From contig JASVEC010000016.1 of the NCBI GenBank assembly GCA_030770535.1, forward strand, positions 310,001 to 374,000: 64,000 nt of DNA. The letters run 5' to 3'. The position numbers were made by a program, and so were the translations under genes. Below, piece by piece: positions 36,011 through 49,076 of this stretch (its first letter is position 1; each line of letters begins with the position of its first letter). Below the pieces are notes generated by a model. The model was not told the origin of the DNA, did no database searches, and saw only the letters and a program-made list of their open reading frames with translations. This stretch comes from Batkoa obscura. Its lineage: Eukaryota.

Positions 36011-36217
36011 CTGCTTATATAAATTAGTCTAAAAAAGTCTTAATTTAGCTTAAATATTATTATTGATATAATAATATAATATAACATATTCATATTAATA
36101 ATGAGATTTAGTTATAAAATTGCTAATTTTTAGAAATTTAAATCTTATTTTTACAGTTTTGGATATGGTTTTCAAATTCAGATTATCAATTTTAGTATAT
36201 ATTTTTATTTAATATAT

Positions 36218-36315
36218 GGGGATGTATTTTTATGTTTAAGGATTTTACTAACAAATTTTCCACTTAAATAGCGCTTAAAAATGGAAAAAATTGTGAAGTC
36301 AAAAAAAACATTCCC
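36218..36315 (+). mobile_element. MITE copy 9
   Basis: ATAT-GGGGATG...CATTCCC-ATAT. Confidence 0.9.
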
Positions 36316-36319
36316 ATAT

Positions 36320-36417
36320 GGGGATGTATTTATGTATTTAAGAATTTCCCTAATAATCTTTCCACTCAAGTAGTGCTCAAAAAATGGAAAAAGTGATGAA
36401 ACTAAAAAAGCATCCTC
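36320..36417 (+). mobile_element. MITE copy 10, tandem with copy 9 and sharing one ATAT
   Basis: ATAT(36316-36319)-GGGGATG...GCATCCTC-ATAT. Confidence 0.88.
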
Positions 36418-36512
36418 ATATATTATTATTCAAATAAAATATCTACTTTTAAAAGTCAAAACAAAAAATACGTAGAGTAAATAAAATATTTTACTGTATA
36501 TGTAGGTGATTT

Positions 36513-36586
36513 GCTTCGGTAGTGTAGTTGGTTATCACGTCACCCTTACAAGGTGAAGGTCTCCAGTTCGAACCTGGGCTGAAGCA
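36513..36586 (+). tRNA. tRNA-Val(TAC)
   Basis: Acceptor GCTTCGG/CTGAAGC, anticodon arm TCACC-CTTACAA-GGTGA, T loop TTCGAAC. Confidence 0.94.
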
Positions 36587-36639
36587 GTTATTATTTTATG
36601 TATTTACCATTATTTTTTTTAAAGCCAATAAATTTCATA

Positions 36640-37962
36640 TTAAAATAAAAACATTTGCTTTTTATTTTTAAACTTATTCTCACCATTATCAAACAATCCC
36701 TTTAAACTTCCAAGTTTCAATCTATTGACATGGATGTTCTCAAATTGATTTGAAAATAATGGGTCCTTTCCCATAATTTCCAATAATTTGTTATACATAT
36801 TCACCCTTTCTAACAAACTATTTTCTTTATACCATTTAGTCATCCAAAAACCAGTTAAATTAATTTGATGAAATATTAAATAACTAGAGGATAATAAAAT
36901 AGGTTGTTTGGACATAGCTCCATAGGTTATAACGCTGCTTTTTTCTCCCATTTGTTTGAGCATATCATTGACCAATTTTCCTCCAACACAATTAAAGCCG
37001 AGTTTGATGTTATGCTCTTTAAACTTGGATTTCTTAAATTCGGAGTAAGTTAAGACAATGTCTGCCCCTAAAGTATGCAATTCTTGTTTTAAGGCTTCTG
37101 TTTCAGATTCGTTTTCCCTGATTGAAATATTAGTAAATTCATCATAATAATTTGCAATCAATTGTTACCTTTCCCTAATTAAATTAATGCTCTTAATTTT
37201 CCAATGCTTACATAATATAATAATTGCTTTGCCCACTTCAGAATTAGCGCCGTTTTGGAGGATATAATGACCTTCACTTAAATTTTGATAATCTTTTAAT
37301 AATCGATAAGCTGTGGAGGGGTTGACACTGATCGATGCTAATTGTTGGATGGTTACATTGGTAAATTTCGAAGGTAATTTTAATACTTTGTTGCCATCAG
37401 TAATTACATGGGAGCGCCAAGTACCTATATACAGAATAATTAGAATTAAGATTAATATTAAGATTGATAGTTTCGAGTTTATTCTTCATTCTTCATTTTT
37501 TAATAGAGAGAATAAAATACTTACCAAATCCAGAACTTAGAGGCATAACTTTGTCCCCAATCTTTAAATCTTTAACATTCGAACCTACTTTCGTCACTTC
37601 GGCTACCCCTTCATTACCTGGGATGGAACCTAAATTTTCCACTTGTTTTGCAAGTATTGGATAAACACCTTCGATTTGATTGACATCACTTGGATTGATA
37701 TTACTAGCGAGAAATTTTATTTCAATCTCATCTGATTTTGGCGAGGTTAAGGAGTATTCTTTTAAGCTTTAAAAATAGGAGTTAGAGTTAAAAGTTTATG
37801 TTGATTATAAAGTGAGTAGATTATTTACTGCAATACTTCATTGATATTACCAGTTTCATTGAAGATGATGGCTCTTCCTGTGGTGTAAAAGTAAGTGCTT
37901 AGTATTGAAGAGTTGGTAAATGCTTTTGAAATTGTGATTGTAGTTTGTAAAAATTTTAACAT
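36640..37962 (-). CDS. ETR1: Mitochondrial enoyl-ACP (trans-2-enoyl-CoA) reductase, multi-exon
   Basis: ASNINPSDVNQIEGVYP, PGNEGVAEV, GTWRSH, SVNPSTAYRLL, QNGANSEVG, NCVGGK, TYGAMSKQP, GFWMT. Confidence 0.9.
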
Positions 37963-38155
37963 TGTTATAGAAATTAATAAGTGAATTTGTTATTGATTTT
38001 TAATTTTTGATGCTTACTTCATCCGAATTTTGACCAATAATAAACTCAATATAATATTTAAGTTTATTGGCTAATAACTAAGAATACTATTTTATTCAAA
38101 ATAAGCTAAAATACAATCTCTTTCAATATAAATATAAATATAAATATAAATATAA

Positions 38156-40299
38156 ATGGAAGAAGAAGGAGTAAATGTTATTAATGAAGATTGTATATTT
38201 TATAAAATATTCCTAAAAAAAGAAACTGAAATTCAAAGTATTAAAGAATCCTTCTTTAAATTAATCAATCAAATTCGATTCTTTAATAAAGTTCATTATA
38301 TTTGGCATCAACAAGGGATTGAATTTAATTTGTTAGAATTAGAAGGTAAGAGAATGTTACAATATTTGAAATAATAAATTTAATAAATTCAATAGATTAT
38401 AACGTATTGTCTGGAAAAACGACCTTTTCGGATAATATAATAGACGAATGGCTGATTACATGGGCTTTTTATGAGCTATCGAAGGAATATAAAGATGTTT
38501 TTATAAGGTAGTAAAAATTCTATTTCATTTCATAAATAACTGAATAAGGATGATTAGCTTAACAGATAATGAAGGCCAATTTTTATTAATTGAAACGGCA
38601 GACTATTTGGAAAATTGGATGTTACCAGAAATTATGGATAATAGAGTAAATTTAATAACATTCAATTTTAATAATAGTAAAATATTAACGACCCATTAAG
38701 GTGTATTTAAAGAATGGAAAAATGAATATAATTAATAGAAATAAAGGAGAAAAGATACTTGAAAAAGAAGGTATTTCTATGATAATGAAAGAAGAGTTTG
38801 TTGCCAATGAATTGATTCAATTAGCTTTTAAACAAAGAATTAAAGAGTAAATTGAATAATTCAATGAAATACTAAAGATAGCTAATTGATTGTTTTTATT
38901 ACTAGTTTCCCAAAATTAGCTCAACAACAAGAACATTTGGCTTATGCCTATTTACCATTAGCCATAGCAAAATTATTAACGATTGAACCACAGTTGATCT
39001 CCAAATGTCTAAATCAATATTATTTAAGAGATCCTATTTTATTTAAAGTAAGTTCTATTATCTAATAGAGCCTAATAATGATATTGTTGCTAATATACTT
39101 TAATTTGATTAGAAATGTAATGAGCTAAAATACTTTCAATTAAAAGATAAAGTATTGTATAAAGTCCCAATGACCAGGACGTTGTATGCTCAAACATTAT
39201 TTCAAAAAGTACCTAATCCATTACCAAAATCCTTCTTGAGTTGGGAGTTAGAAAATAAGAATGATAATGACAAAAAATGGTTTGAGTTAGGATTTAAAAT
39301 AGTAAGTTTATATATATATAATATTATCATTATAATAATATAATGTAATTATTAGATTTGTGGCTTTGAAATGTTAAGTTATGATTTTCAATATCCAATA
39401 GAAAAAGATAGCAAATGGAATTTGATCCTTAATGAATTAATTATTAATAATTACTTTCAAGGGGAACAAGAAGGAAGTCAAAAATATTTAATATTATTAA
39501 ATCAAGCTAAAAATTATTATTCTTTATTAAATAATAATAGCAATAACAATAATAAATTAGATCTAAATCAATTTCAATTAGACAATATTAGTTTATTAAA
39601 TATTAACTTAAAAGAATCGGATATAGATTGGTTGAATATATCTAATGAAGAATTGGAAAAAATGTTATCGAATTATCAAAACCAATCAGTAGTTTTTATT
39701 ATATTATTTATTTAATATTTAATTAATAGTAAAACTTATAGGATAATAAAAACAATGACGATTTATTAAACAATACTTCCGATGAAGAAGAAGATACAAA
39801 AGATACCATGAATAAAGTAGATGAGTTAATATCTAATTTAAATTTATTTTTAAATAGTGAATCGGGTATTAAAGGTATAGAGCGTCATGAGTAAGCTATA
39901 TCAAATAACATTAATAATAAATTAAAAATAACAAATTGTTATTCAGAGATTTAGATAATAATAATAATGAAGAGGATTCCGATGACGAAATTGAAATCGA
40001 TTCCAATCTCTTTTTTAAATCTGTTAATGAATTGTTAGGTGAATTACACAATTCCGTTTTATTTTAACTTATATATTTAACCTTTACATATACTAGACAA
40101 TGCGACAGAAACGAAGGATATTGACAGCACTAACACCAACGACAATGAAGAAGAAGTAGACATAGTTAAACAAGAATTAAATGACACTAAAGTATTCGAA
40201 AATGAAAATGAAATAGACTTAGATTTGGGCATTGTTAATAGTTTATTAAAAGCTTATCAATTAGATCCCAATTCCAATCCAGTTAATGGGTTACTATAA
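38156..40299 (+). CDS. ECD: Ecdysoneless/SGT1-family protein, multi-exon
   Basis: YIWHQ, DNIIDEWLI, DNEGQFLLIETADYL..W..PE..DNRV, MTRTLYAQ, ELGFKI.CGFEML, DWLNISNEELEKML. Confidence 0.82.
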
Positions 40300-40586
40300 A
40301 AAAATTATTTATATAATAGAAATAAAATATCTAATTTATAAAATTGAATATTTAATAGATTTTTTTATTAGTTAAATTCGATTCATAAATTAGTATAAAA
40401 TAAATATTACTTGAGCATTTAATAATTAAATTCTTATTTAAAATAAATTTCAACCATAGAAATCAAAATTTTCTTTATTGATTACTTTAAAATCCCCTTT
40501 ACTATTCATTAATGTCCAATATTACTATCTAAAATGTAAGATCAAACTCTATAATTATATAATTTTGCCTAATTAACTATATAAAG

Positions 40587-40592
40587 GCGGCT

Positions 40593-40636
<44 letters not shown>

Positions 40637-40659
40637 GCGTTCAATCCGCGGTGGGCGCA
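40587..40659 (+). tRNA. tRNA-Phe(GAA), intronless
   Basis: Anticodon arm TCAGA-CTGAAGA-TCTGA, T arm CCGCG/CGCGG, one G-G mismatch in the acceptor stem. Confidence 0.92.
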
Positions 40660-40869
40660 TACGAACAAACGTTCATATCTGATTTTGAATCAATCTTTTT
40701 TATTCTTTTTAAATTCTTACTAATAATTTATCAAACAATATCTTAATTTATCATTTTTTTTATTCTAAAATTAATATCAAAATTTTAAATTGTAATAAAC
40801 AAAATTACTTTGATAAAAATAACCAAAAATTCATCAATTTTTATTCTTAATTTTAATAACTTCCTATTT

Positions 40870-41282
40870 CTAATATTTAGCACACCTTTTACACTTTCCC
40901 TCCTCTATACACTTTACGTGACTCAAATGGCCACATGGAAATACTATTACTTTTTCCCTATCCTCATTCCCATCCTCTTGCTCTCCTCTCCTTTCCACAG
41001 TAACTTTGAACCCACATTTAACACATCTTGGAGCAAAAGCTCTCAAACCTTTAACTCGATTTTTAAATTCTAATTTCAATACTTTAAAACAATCTTTAGC
41101 TACAATTTGTTTGGTTATTTGTAACATCTTTTTTTCATTTGAACAAGTATTAATTACAGATATCAATAAATCTTGAAATTCATTTAAAATAGCATTAGAA
41201 GTAGAATTTGATAAAGTCTCATTTTTTGGTATTGATTCCAATAATTTAGTTAATAATTTAGGTACTGATAATTTAGTATTGA

Positions 41283-41313
<31 letters not shown>

Positions 41314-44300
41314 TCCCATTGATGGATTAATGATTATAGTAAATAGATCTTGTATTAATTGTTGAATTATCAATTTGCATTCTTCTTTCATTTGTTTTTC
41401 AAATTCCGTTATCTCTTGAATTTCATATATCTTTTGATTAGCCATTAATAAACATGAAATTAATTGATAATTTAACTCTAAACTTAATTCCATATTATTA
41501 TCATTGAGTAAATTCACTTGAGATCGATCACATAATCCCATACCAATAGCTGTCATTGTTTGAATTTTCATTAACTCAGATTCTGTTTTGTTTTTGATTT
41601 CGAATTTGGATTGTTTTTCTACTTTTAGAGTATCTTGTTTCTCTCTATTACTTTTCAATAAGATTTCAATTGATTCAAATGATAGCTTTATAACTTTTAA
41701 TATTTCTTCCATTGCTTCCATTAACTTTCCTTGAAGTTCCAATAAATAAACAATTCCATTTATAATCTTATATTTCTTTACAATTTCCATCATCTCATTA
41801 ATAATTTTTTCATTACAATTGAATTTCAAATAATTAATTACTTGATTACTATTAAATTGACATAATAAATTTAAATAATTTAATTTCAATTCATTATTAA
41901 ATTCATATTCTTCATTAACCAATTCCTTTAAATAATTATATTGTAACTCAGGTTCTTTATCTAGTAAAGGAATGACTTCGAATTCATTATCTTTGTACCA
42001 AAGTTGAATAATATTTTTAGTTTGTTTAGGATCAATTTTAGTTAATTGAATAAAATTTAATTCAATTTGATATTTAAATTCCTTCCATTTTTCGTCTTTT
42101 AATAGTGCATATGCTTTAATTAAAATTTCAAATATATCTTTGAACAATTCTTTATCTAATAAACAAACTAAAAACATATTCTTATAATCTTCTTCTTTTT
42201 CATAAACCCATTTTAATACCTTAAAAAAGCTAGCATTCAATAATATCTCTTTATCTCTTGGTTGATATATTTTAATCAAATTTAACATAACTTGTTGTCT
42301 TTCAATAAATGTAATATTAAAATCTCTATCATTGATATTAGTTAATTCCATAAATATTTTATCCAAAATATTGAATTCTAATTTGATCTTTTGATTTACC
42401 GCTAATTTAATAAAAAATTCCATCAATTTATATCGATTTTTTCCTATTAATTGAATCTTTTCATTTTCCCATAAACATTGTAAAAAGGGGTTTGTTAATT
42501 CTTGAAATAAATTCACATTGAATTTCAATTCTAAATTATTAACACTTTGTTCTAAATTATTTAATATGTCTAATAATCCTTTACTATCTAACCAACATAA
42601 AAATTTAAAATATGGATACTCGACACTCTCCTCTTCCTTACATAGTCCGTCTACTTTTGGTAATTTTATCTCTTTATCATCACCCCAACACATTTTATTT
42701 TGACTTAGAATCCATTTAGATATTTGTTGAACTGCCAATTCATGAGATTGAGGGGACAAAGGTAACAAGGTGGGAAAGGATTTACCTTTAGTAATTATAA
42801 TTAAATAATCTAATAATTTATTAAATTGTAATTGATTTTGATTTAATTGAATATTATTATTTAATTCTTCATTCATTATAATTTCTAAATTAAACTTATT
42901 ACTATTATTTGAATTGTTTTGTTGTTGTTGTACTTCTAATTGAACTAGTAATTCTTTGATTGGTGTAATAAAATCTAACATAGCTGTAGAATATAAAAAT
43001 AATAAACCATCTAATAATTGATATTGTTTACAAATCTTGGTGCATAAATCTAAATCTAATTTTAATGGATTTAAATGAAATAATATAGATTCTATTCGAC
43101 TTATGTAATTCTTTTCTTTAGAATAACAAATCAACCATTCTTTAATAAAATCCATTGGTAATTCTTCCAGAAAATCTATAATTATTGGGGTTGGAAACAT
43201 AACATAAGGTTCAATAGCTAAATATAAATATAAATTTAAGTTCATTAATTTGAGCTTTTCATAAATATTAATGAATAATAAATCTAATTCTCCTAATTCA
43301 AAACATGCTTGTACTACTGCTTTACAAAAGGCATCGACTTCTAACAAGTAATCTTTTCCTTCTTGTCTATTGCTTCCCCATTTTAATGTAAGATGATTTA
43401 ATGAAGCTAATAATAATGCTGATATTTTATTTTTCATGATTTTTTTCCTTAAATTGATATTCTCAGATAACATTGAAAAGTAATAAATGGAACCTTCTTT
43501 TAAATAATGAGATGCTAATAAAATAGCTTCAATAGCTTCTCCTTTATTAATTAAATTCATTACATGATCTGACCAACTTAATGGTAATCCAATTGTAAAA
43601 TTCAAATTTCCTAACAAAAATAATTTATTTTTATAACTTGTTAACCCATATTTATAATCTGGAATTATTTCATAATAATGTTGATCATTGTTATTATTAT
43701 TGTTATTTGAATTAGTTAAATTAAATTCCTTCTTAGGATAATTTAATATTGGCTGATATTGACTTAATGAACCAATTGTTGTTGAATTATTTTTATTTTG
43801 AATATCTAATAAATGTAAGATTTCTCTTTGATCTAGTATTAATAAATTTCGATGATTAATCCAATTTAAACTTAATATAGAATAGTCACAATGAATTTCA
43901 TTTAATTTGATGATGTCGATTAAATTGTTATTATTATTCTCATTATTTAAACTAACTTTTAATATTATTAATACATTATTAAAACTAACAGCTAACAATG
44001 GATCATGTAATATTCCATCTACTTTACTACTTGAATAAAATTTAATCATCGCATTTAATTGATTATTATTATTCTCTAATTCCATATCCGTTAAATTATA
44101 TTTAAATTTCAAACTGTTTATTATTTCTTTCTTAGTAATTGTATAAATGATTTCCGTTTTAGGTTTTAATCTCATAACAATCACTTCTTTATAACTCAAA
44201 ATGGCCACTAAATTCATATCTTCCATACTTTTATTCAATCCAGTATATGATAATGTTTGCATATCTACTAATACGTCCTCAATACTTTTACTTTTACTTT

Positions 44301-45625
44301 TATTAATATAAATCAACTTTGATTTACTACTCATGCCCATAATACCAGTTGATATATGATGATAAAATACATTGCCCATTTCATCTGCTGATAGAAACCT
44401 TTTAGATTTTCCTAGAAATTGAACATTTCTAATTTGATTTCCTTTAATATGTCCTAATTTCTTAATACTCAATAAACTTTTTTTCTTTTCCAATATTGGT
44501 AATATTGTTGTTATGATTTGTCCTTTAATTAAATCCCAAATCGCTATTAATCCTTGACTATAACCTACTAATAGCCAATCACCATCTTTGGAAATATCTA
44601 AACTGGTAATACTACCATGTTCTAAAGCTAATAAAGTAAATTAATAAAATATATTAAATTAAATTCTTTTTTTAAAATATTAATTAATTTCTTACCAACT
44701 GCTGTATTCCCCAAAACAAATTTTAATTTTTGATGGAAATCAAACACAACTAATAAACCTTTCGAAGTAGCAAATACAATCCATTTGTTGACATAAAATA
44801 ATAATGGTCTACCTAAACTTTCAATTGTCTGTTCATTAAATAATTGTTTAGTAATATGTGTTAATTGAATCCATTGAATCATACTATCTTCTTCATTATC
44901 TAACATTAATTCTTTATTTAATTCCAACAAACTTTGAATTATTAAATTTTCATTTTCATTCATTGAATAGTTTGTCATATCATCTCGAGTATAAGTCATC
45001 GTTGTCATTGTGGGCGATAAAGGACTTAAGATCTATTATTAAAATAATATTAAAAAAATTCAAAATAATTAGGATGATTTAACTCACCCCTTTAATTGAT
45101 TGAGAATAGTTCGAATCTAAATCCTCTTGATATTCTATATCAATATCAAATGCTTCTTCAGCATTTAATATAGTATCTAAAATTAAATCTTTACCTAAAT
45201 AATAATAATAAACTCAATTTGTTAAATAACTTGAAATCAAAATTACCTCCTTTAACAAACTCTTGGTACAAACTAACTTCCATTTCAATCCTTTCCAGTA
45301 ATTCCCATCCTTTTTGTCTTGTCACTTCATCAAATCCAAATTTCCCACTTTCATCTAATTTTAATCTCAAACTCCTCATTATCAATTCTAATTCCTTGAT
45401 ATGCTCTAATAACACGCTATCGGTTACATCTGCAAGAAACTCTTCTTTTATGCACCAATAATCAAATTTTTTTTTATATTGTAATAATAATTGAGAAGTT
45501 AATCGTTGATTAGATTCACTTTGTTGAGTGAAAAAGTGTAAATTCTTAGAAGAAGAAGGTTTAAGCCCATTAGAACGTGGATGGGGAGAGATAGAAGTGG
45601 CATTGGTATATATATTGTCAAGCAT
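40870..45625 (-). CDS. VPS8: CORVET subunit VPS8 (WD40 N-terminus, alpha-solenoid, C-terminal RING), multi-exon
   Basis: ATSKGLLVVFDFHQKLKFVLG, VTSLDISKDGDWLLVGY, LDPLKLDLD-like LNPLKLDLD..C..YQLLDG, DFITP, C-terminal CVKC..VFPCGHLSHVKC..CKRC. Confidence 0.85.
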
Positions 45626-46463
45626 CAAATTTATGTTTTGCTTTTTAGATAAAATAAAATAAAATAAAATAAAATAAAAAATAATGTTGATCTAATTTTC
45701 AATAATTTTGTAATTTATTTTATTACTTACGTTTTTATTCTTTTTGGAAAGGTTTGTAAAAAATTTTAACTAAGTTTTGAGTCTGAATTTTCTTATTGAT
45801 TTTATAATATGAGAAGTTTTCAACTTCATTTTAATAATCTTATCAATTTGAAAATTGAAATAGAAATAATTAAAAAATAAAAGTTTAGAATATCAAACTA
45901 ATAAAATCTATTAGTATTAAAAATCAACTAACCTTCACCTTATTGACCCACCCTTCTCTTCAATTCAGTTAAATTAAATTCCCTTTCAAGGATTCATTTC
46001 AACCTAACTTCATAGCAAATTTTAATTTCCATTTTTAAAAAAAGAAATTAGAATTCGAACCAATAATAACTTACAAGGTAATAGTCCAGCCTCACCATTT
46101 TCAGCAAAAGGATTGCAAAAGAACTGTTTTAGAGGAGACTAATTGCATAAATTGAAAATGAGCATTCAATGATGATGCTTTTTAGAAAGTAACTTATTAA
46201 CTTAAGTTCCAAGGTTGAATTTTTAATTAAGAGTATTGACACCAATTTTTAAAAAAAGTAGAAAATTCGTATTTTTATAATATAGGTACACTTTAATTAT
46301 TTAATATTTTTTATTTCTTAACACTTTTAACATTGTAAAAACTTTTACTGAAAAAAAGTTCACTTTCTATTTTCTATTATCTTTTTTGCCTTCAACATTA
46401 ATTAACTCCTAATTCTCAACACCTTTTTAGTAACTAAAAAAGAATTTGAAAGAATAAAATACA

Positions 46464-47775
46464 ATGTTTGAGTTATCTTCAGAATATAGTAATCTTGATG
46501 GTTGGATTGAGCAATTAACTGAGTGTAAACCGTTAGCTGAATCAGATGTTAAAAAATTATGTGAAATTGTAAATCTATTTTTTTCTATATTTTCTATTTT
46601 AAAATAATAACGACCAGCATCTTATTTACTTATCTTTTGATCTTAATTAATAGAATCTATTGACTAATCCCCTTCTTTTTTCGATTTTTTTAGGCGCGTG
46701 AAATATTAAGCCTTGAATCCAATGTGCAACCAGTTAAATGTCCCGTCACTGTGTGCGGTGATATCCATGGACAATTCCATGATTTAGCTGAGTTATTTAA
46801 AATTGGAGGTAATGCACCAGATACAAATTACTTATTTATGGGGGATTATGTCGATCGTGGTTATCATAGTGTTGAAACAGTCACTTTATTGATGGCTTAT
46901 AAATGCAGATATAAAGAAAGAATTACTATATTAAGAGGGAATCATGAATCCAGACAAATTACTCAAGTTTATGGGTTTTATGATGAATGTTTGAGAAAAT
47001 ATGGTAACGCTAATGTATGGAAAATGTTTACTGATTTATTCGACTATTTACCTTTAACTGCTTTAATTGAAAATCAAGTAAGTTGTGTTAAATAATTTAA
47101 TATTTAATTTAATTTAATTTAATATTATAATTAGGTATTTTGTTTACATGGTGGATTATCACCAGTTATTGATAATTTAGATCAAATCCGATCTTTAGAT
47201 CGTATTCAAGAAGTACCTCATGAAGGACCTATGTGTGATTTATTATGGTCAGATCCAGAGGATCGTACTGGATGGGGTATTTCTCCCCGTGGTGCTGGTT
47301 ATACTTTTGGTCAAGATATTTCAGAAGCGTTTAATCATACCAATGGTTTAACTTTAATTGCTAGAGCTCATCAATTGGTTATGGAAGTAAGTTAAGTTAT
47401 TTTAGTTATAAAAAGAAGAAAGAAGAATATTATTATGAAAATCAACTAAAGTTAGGACAAAATTTATTAATGTTTATTTATTTATTTATTTATTAGGGTT
47501 ATAATTGGTCCCAAGAAGGTAATGTAGTGACTATATTTTCAGCACCTAATTATTGTTATCGTTGCGGCAATCAAGCTGCAATTATGGAATTAGATGAAAA
47601 TTTAAAACATTCTTTGTAAGTTTATTTTTATTTTTTAAAACTTTTTCGAACTATATTATAAATTCCATGGTTATTAATTGTATACTTTAAATATTTAATT
47701 AGCCTCCAATATGACCCTGCTCCTCGTAAAGGCGAACCTCAAGTTACTCGTCGTACTCCCGATTATTTCTTATAA
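46464..47775 (+). CDS. PPH21: Protein phosphatase 2A catalytic subunit (5 exons)
   Basis: [49 protein letters not shown]-terminal RRTPDYFL. Confidence 0.95.
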
Positions 47776-48122
47776 TTGAAAGAGGAGTTCTATATGATTT
47801 TATTTTTTTTCTTGTAAGAAAGAAGTGGTGATATTGTGGCCGATAAATTTTTTATTATCCAATTTTCAATGAAACTTACTTTATTGATTTTTTTATAGTT
47901 TTTATAATTTTTTTTTGAAATTGGAAATAAGATGATTATTTCAAATTGAAGATTAATGATTTTATATTATTAAATAAATGAGTAAATAATATTATTAGAG
48001 AAATAGAAATTTATTATTAATTTTTATACAAGTTAATAAAACGAAATTCAAATCTAATATTAAAAAGCAATCAAAATTTTTTATTGTTTTCTGTTCTTCT
48101 CCTCGTCCTTCATTCATTATTA

Positions 48123-49026
48123 TTAAAACCAAAGTCTTTCAGCCATGGAAATAAAATATAAATCTAATAATAAAGTTTGTTTATCAGCCCCCAAAAAAGC
48201 AGCAATATTATTAATAGCTGAAATAGGTAAATTAAGAAATTGATTTAATAAATCCCCATCTAAAAAACCTTTTAAGGGATTTCTTTTTAATCGATAGTTA
48301 TTGGAAATTAATCTAATATAAAATTAAAATGTAAATAAAAATTGAATTAAATATTGAATTAATTGATGAATTATTGTTATTACCTATAAGCTCTTGTATT
48401 TAAGCCAGCTAAATTTTGTATATTACTAATTAAACTATTTTGTAATAATTGTAATCTTCGAAATCTTAATTCATCAATAGGTAATATCATTATGATGGAT
48501 CCATCTAAAGAACCTATATAAAGATAAAATTATTTTGTATTCTTATATTATATTAAGATATATTATTATACTATTACAGTAATAATCTATTCTATTATCA
48601 TTATTATTTACCTCCTAAATTAAAATAAGTTTGTTGCTCTACATTAAATGGTAATATAATCCAATTATTAACTGATTTATGTAAATTAATATCACATTGA
48701 TAAATTAATTTCTGTCCATTGAACGATTGTAAATCTAAATTAAACATCAAGTATTATTAATAAAATTAATACATTAAAATATTATATATTATTATTATAT
48801 TATGTATTATAAATTGTAACTATAAATTAATTAAAATAAAACTTACCATTTGGTGAATAAGTCATAATAAACGTATTACCCCCTTGATCATTTAGTAAAA
48901 ATGATAAATTGTTTTGATAAATTAAAAACTGTGTAGAAATGGATGGTACTGCATTAAAATCTTTGCCTAATAATTTTAAAATTGGAGGTTCTTCCTATTA
49001 AAATTAAAAAACATTAATATCATATA

Positions 49027-49076
<50 letters not shown>

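Noticed and set aside
40587..40659. G-G acceptor-stem mismatch as a sign of a pseudo-tRNA or editing
   Set aside because: Single acceptor mismatches occur in functional eukaryotic tRNA-Phe, and all other arms are intact.
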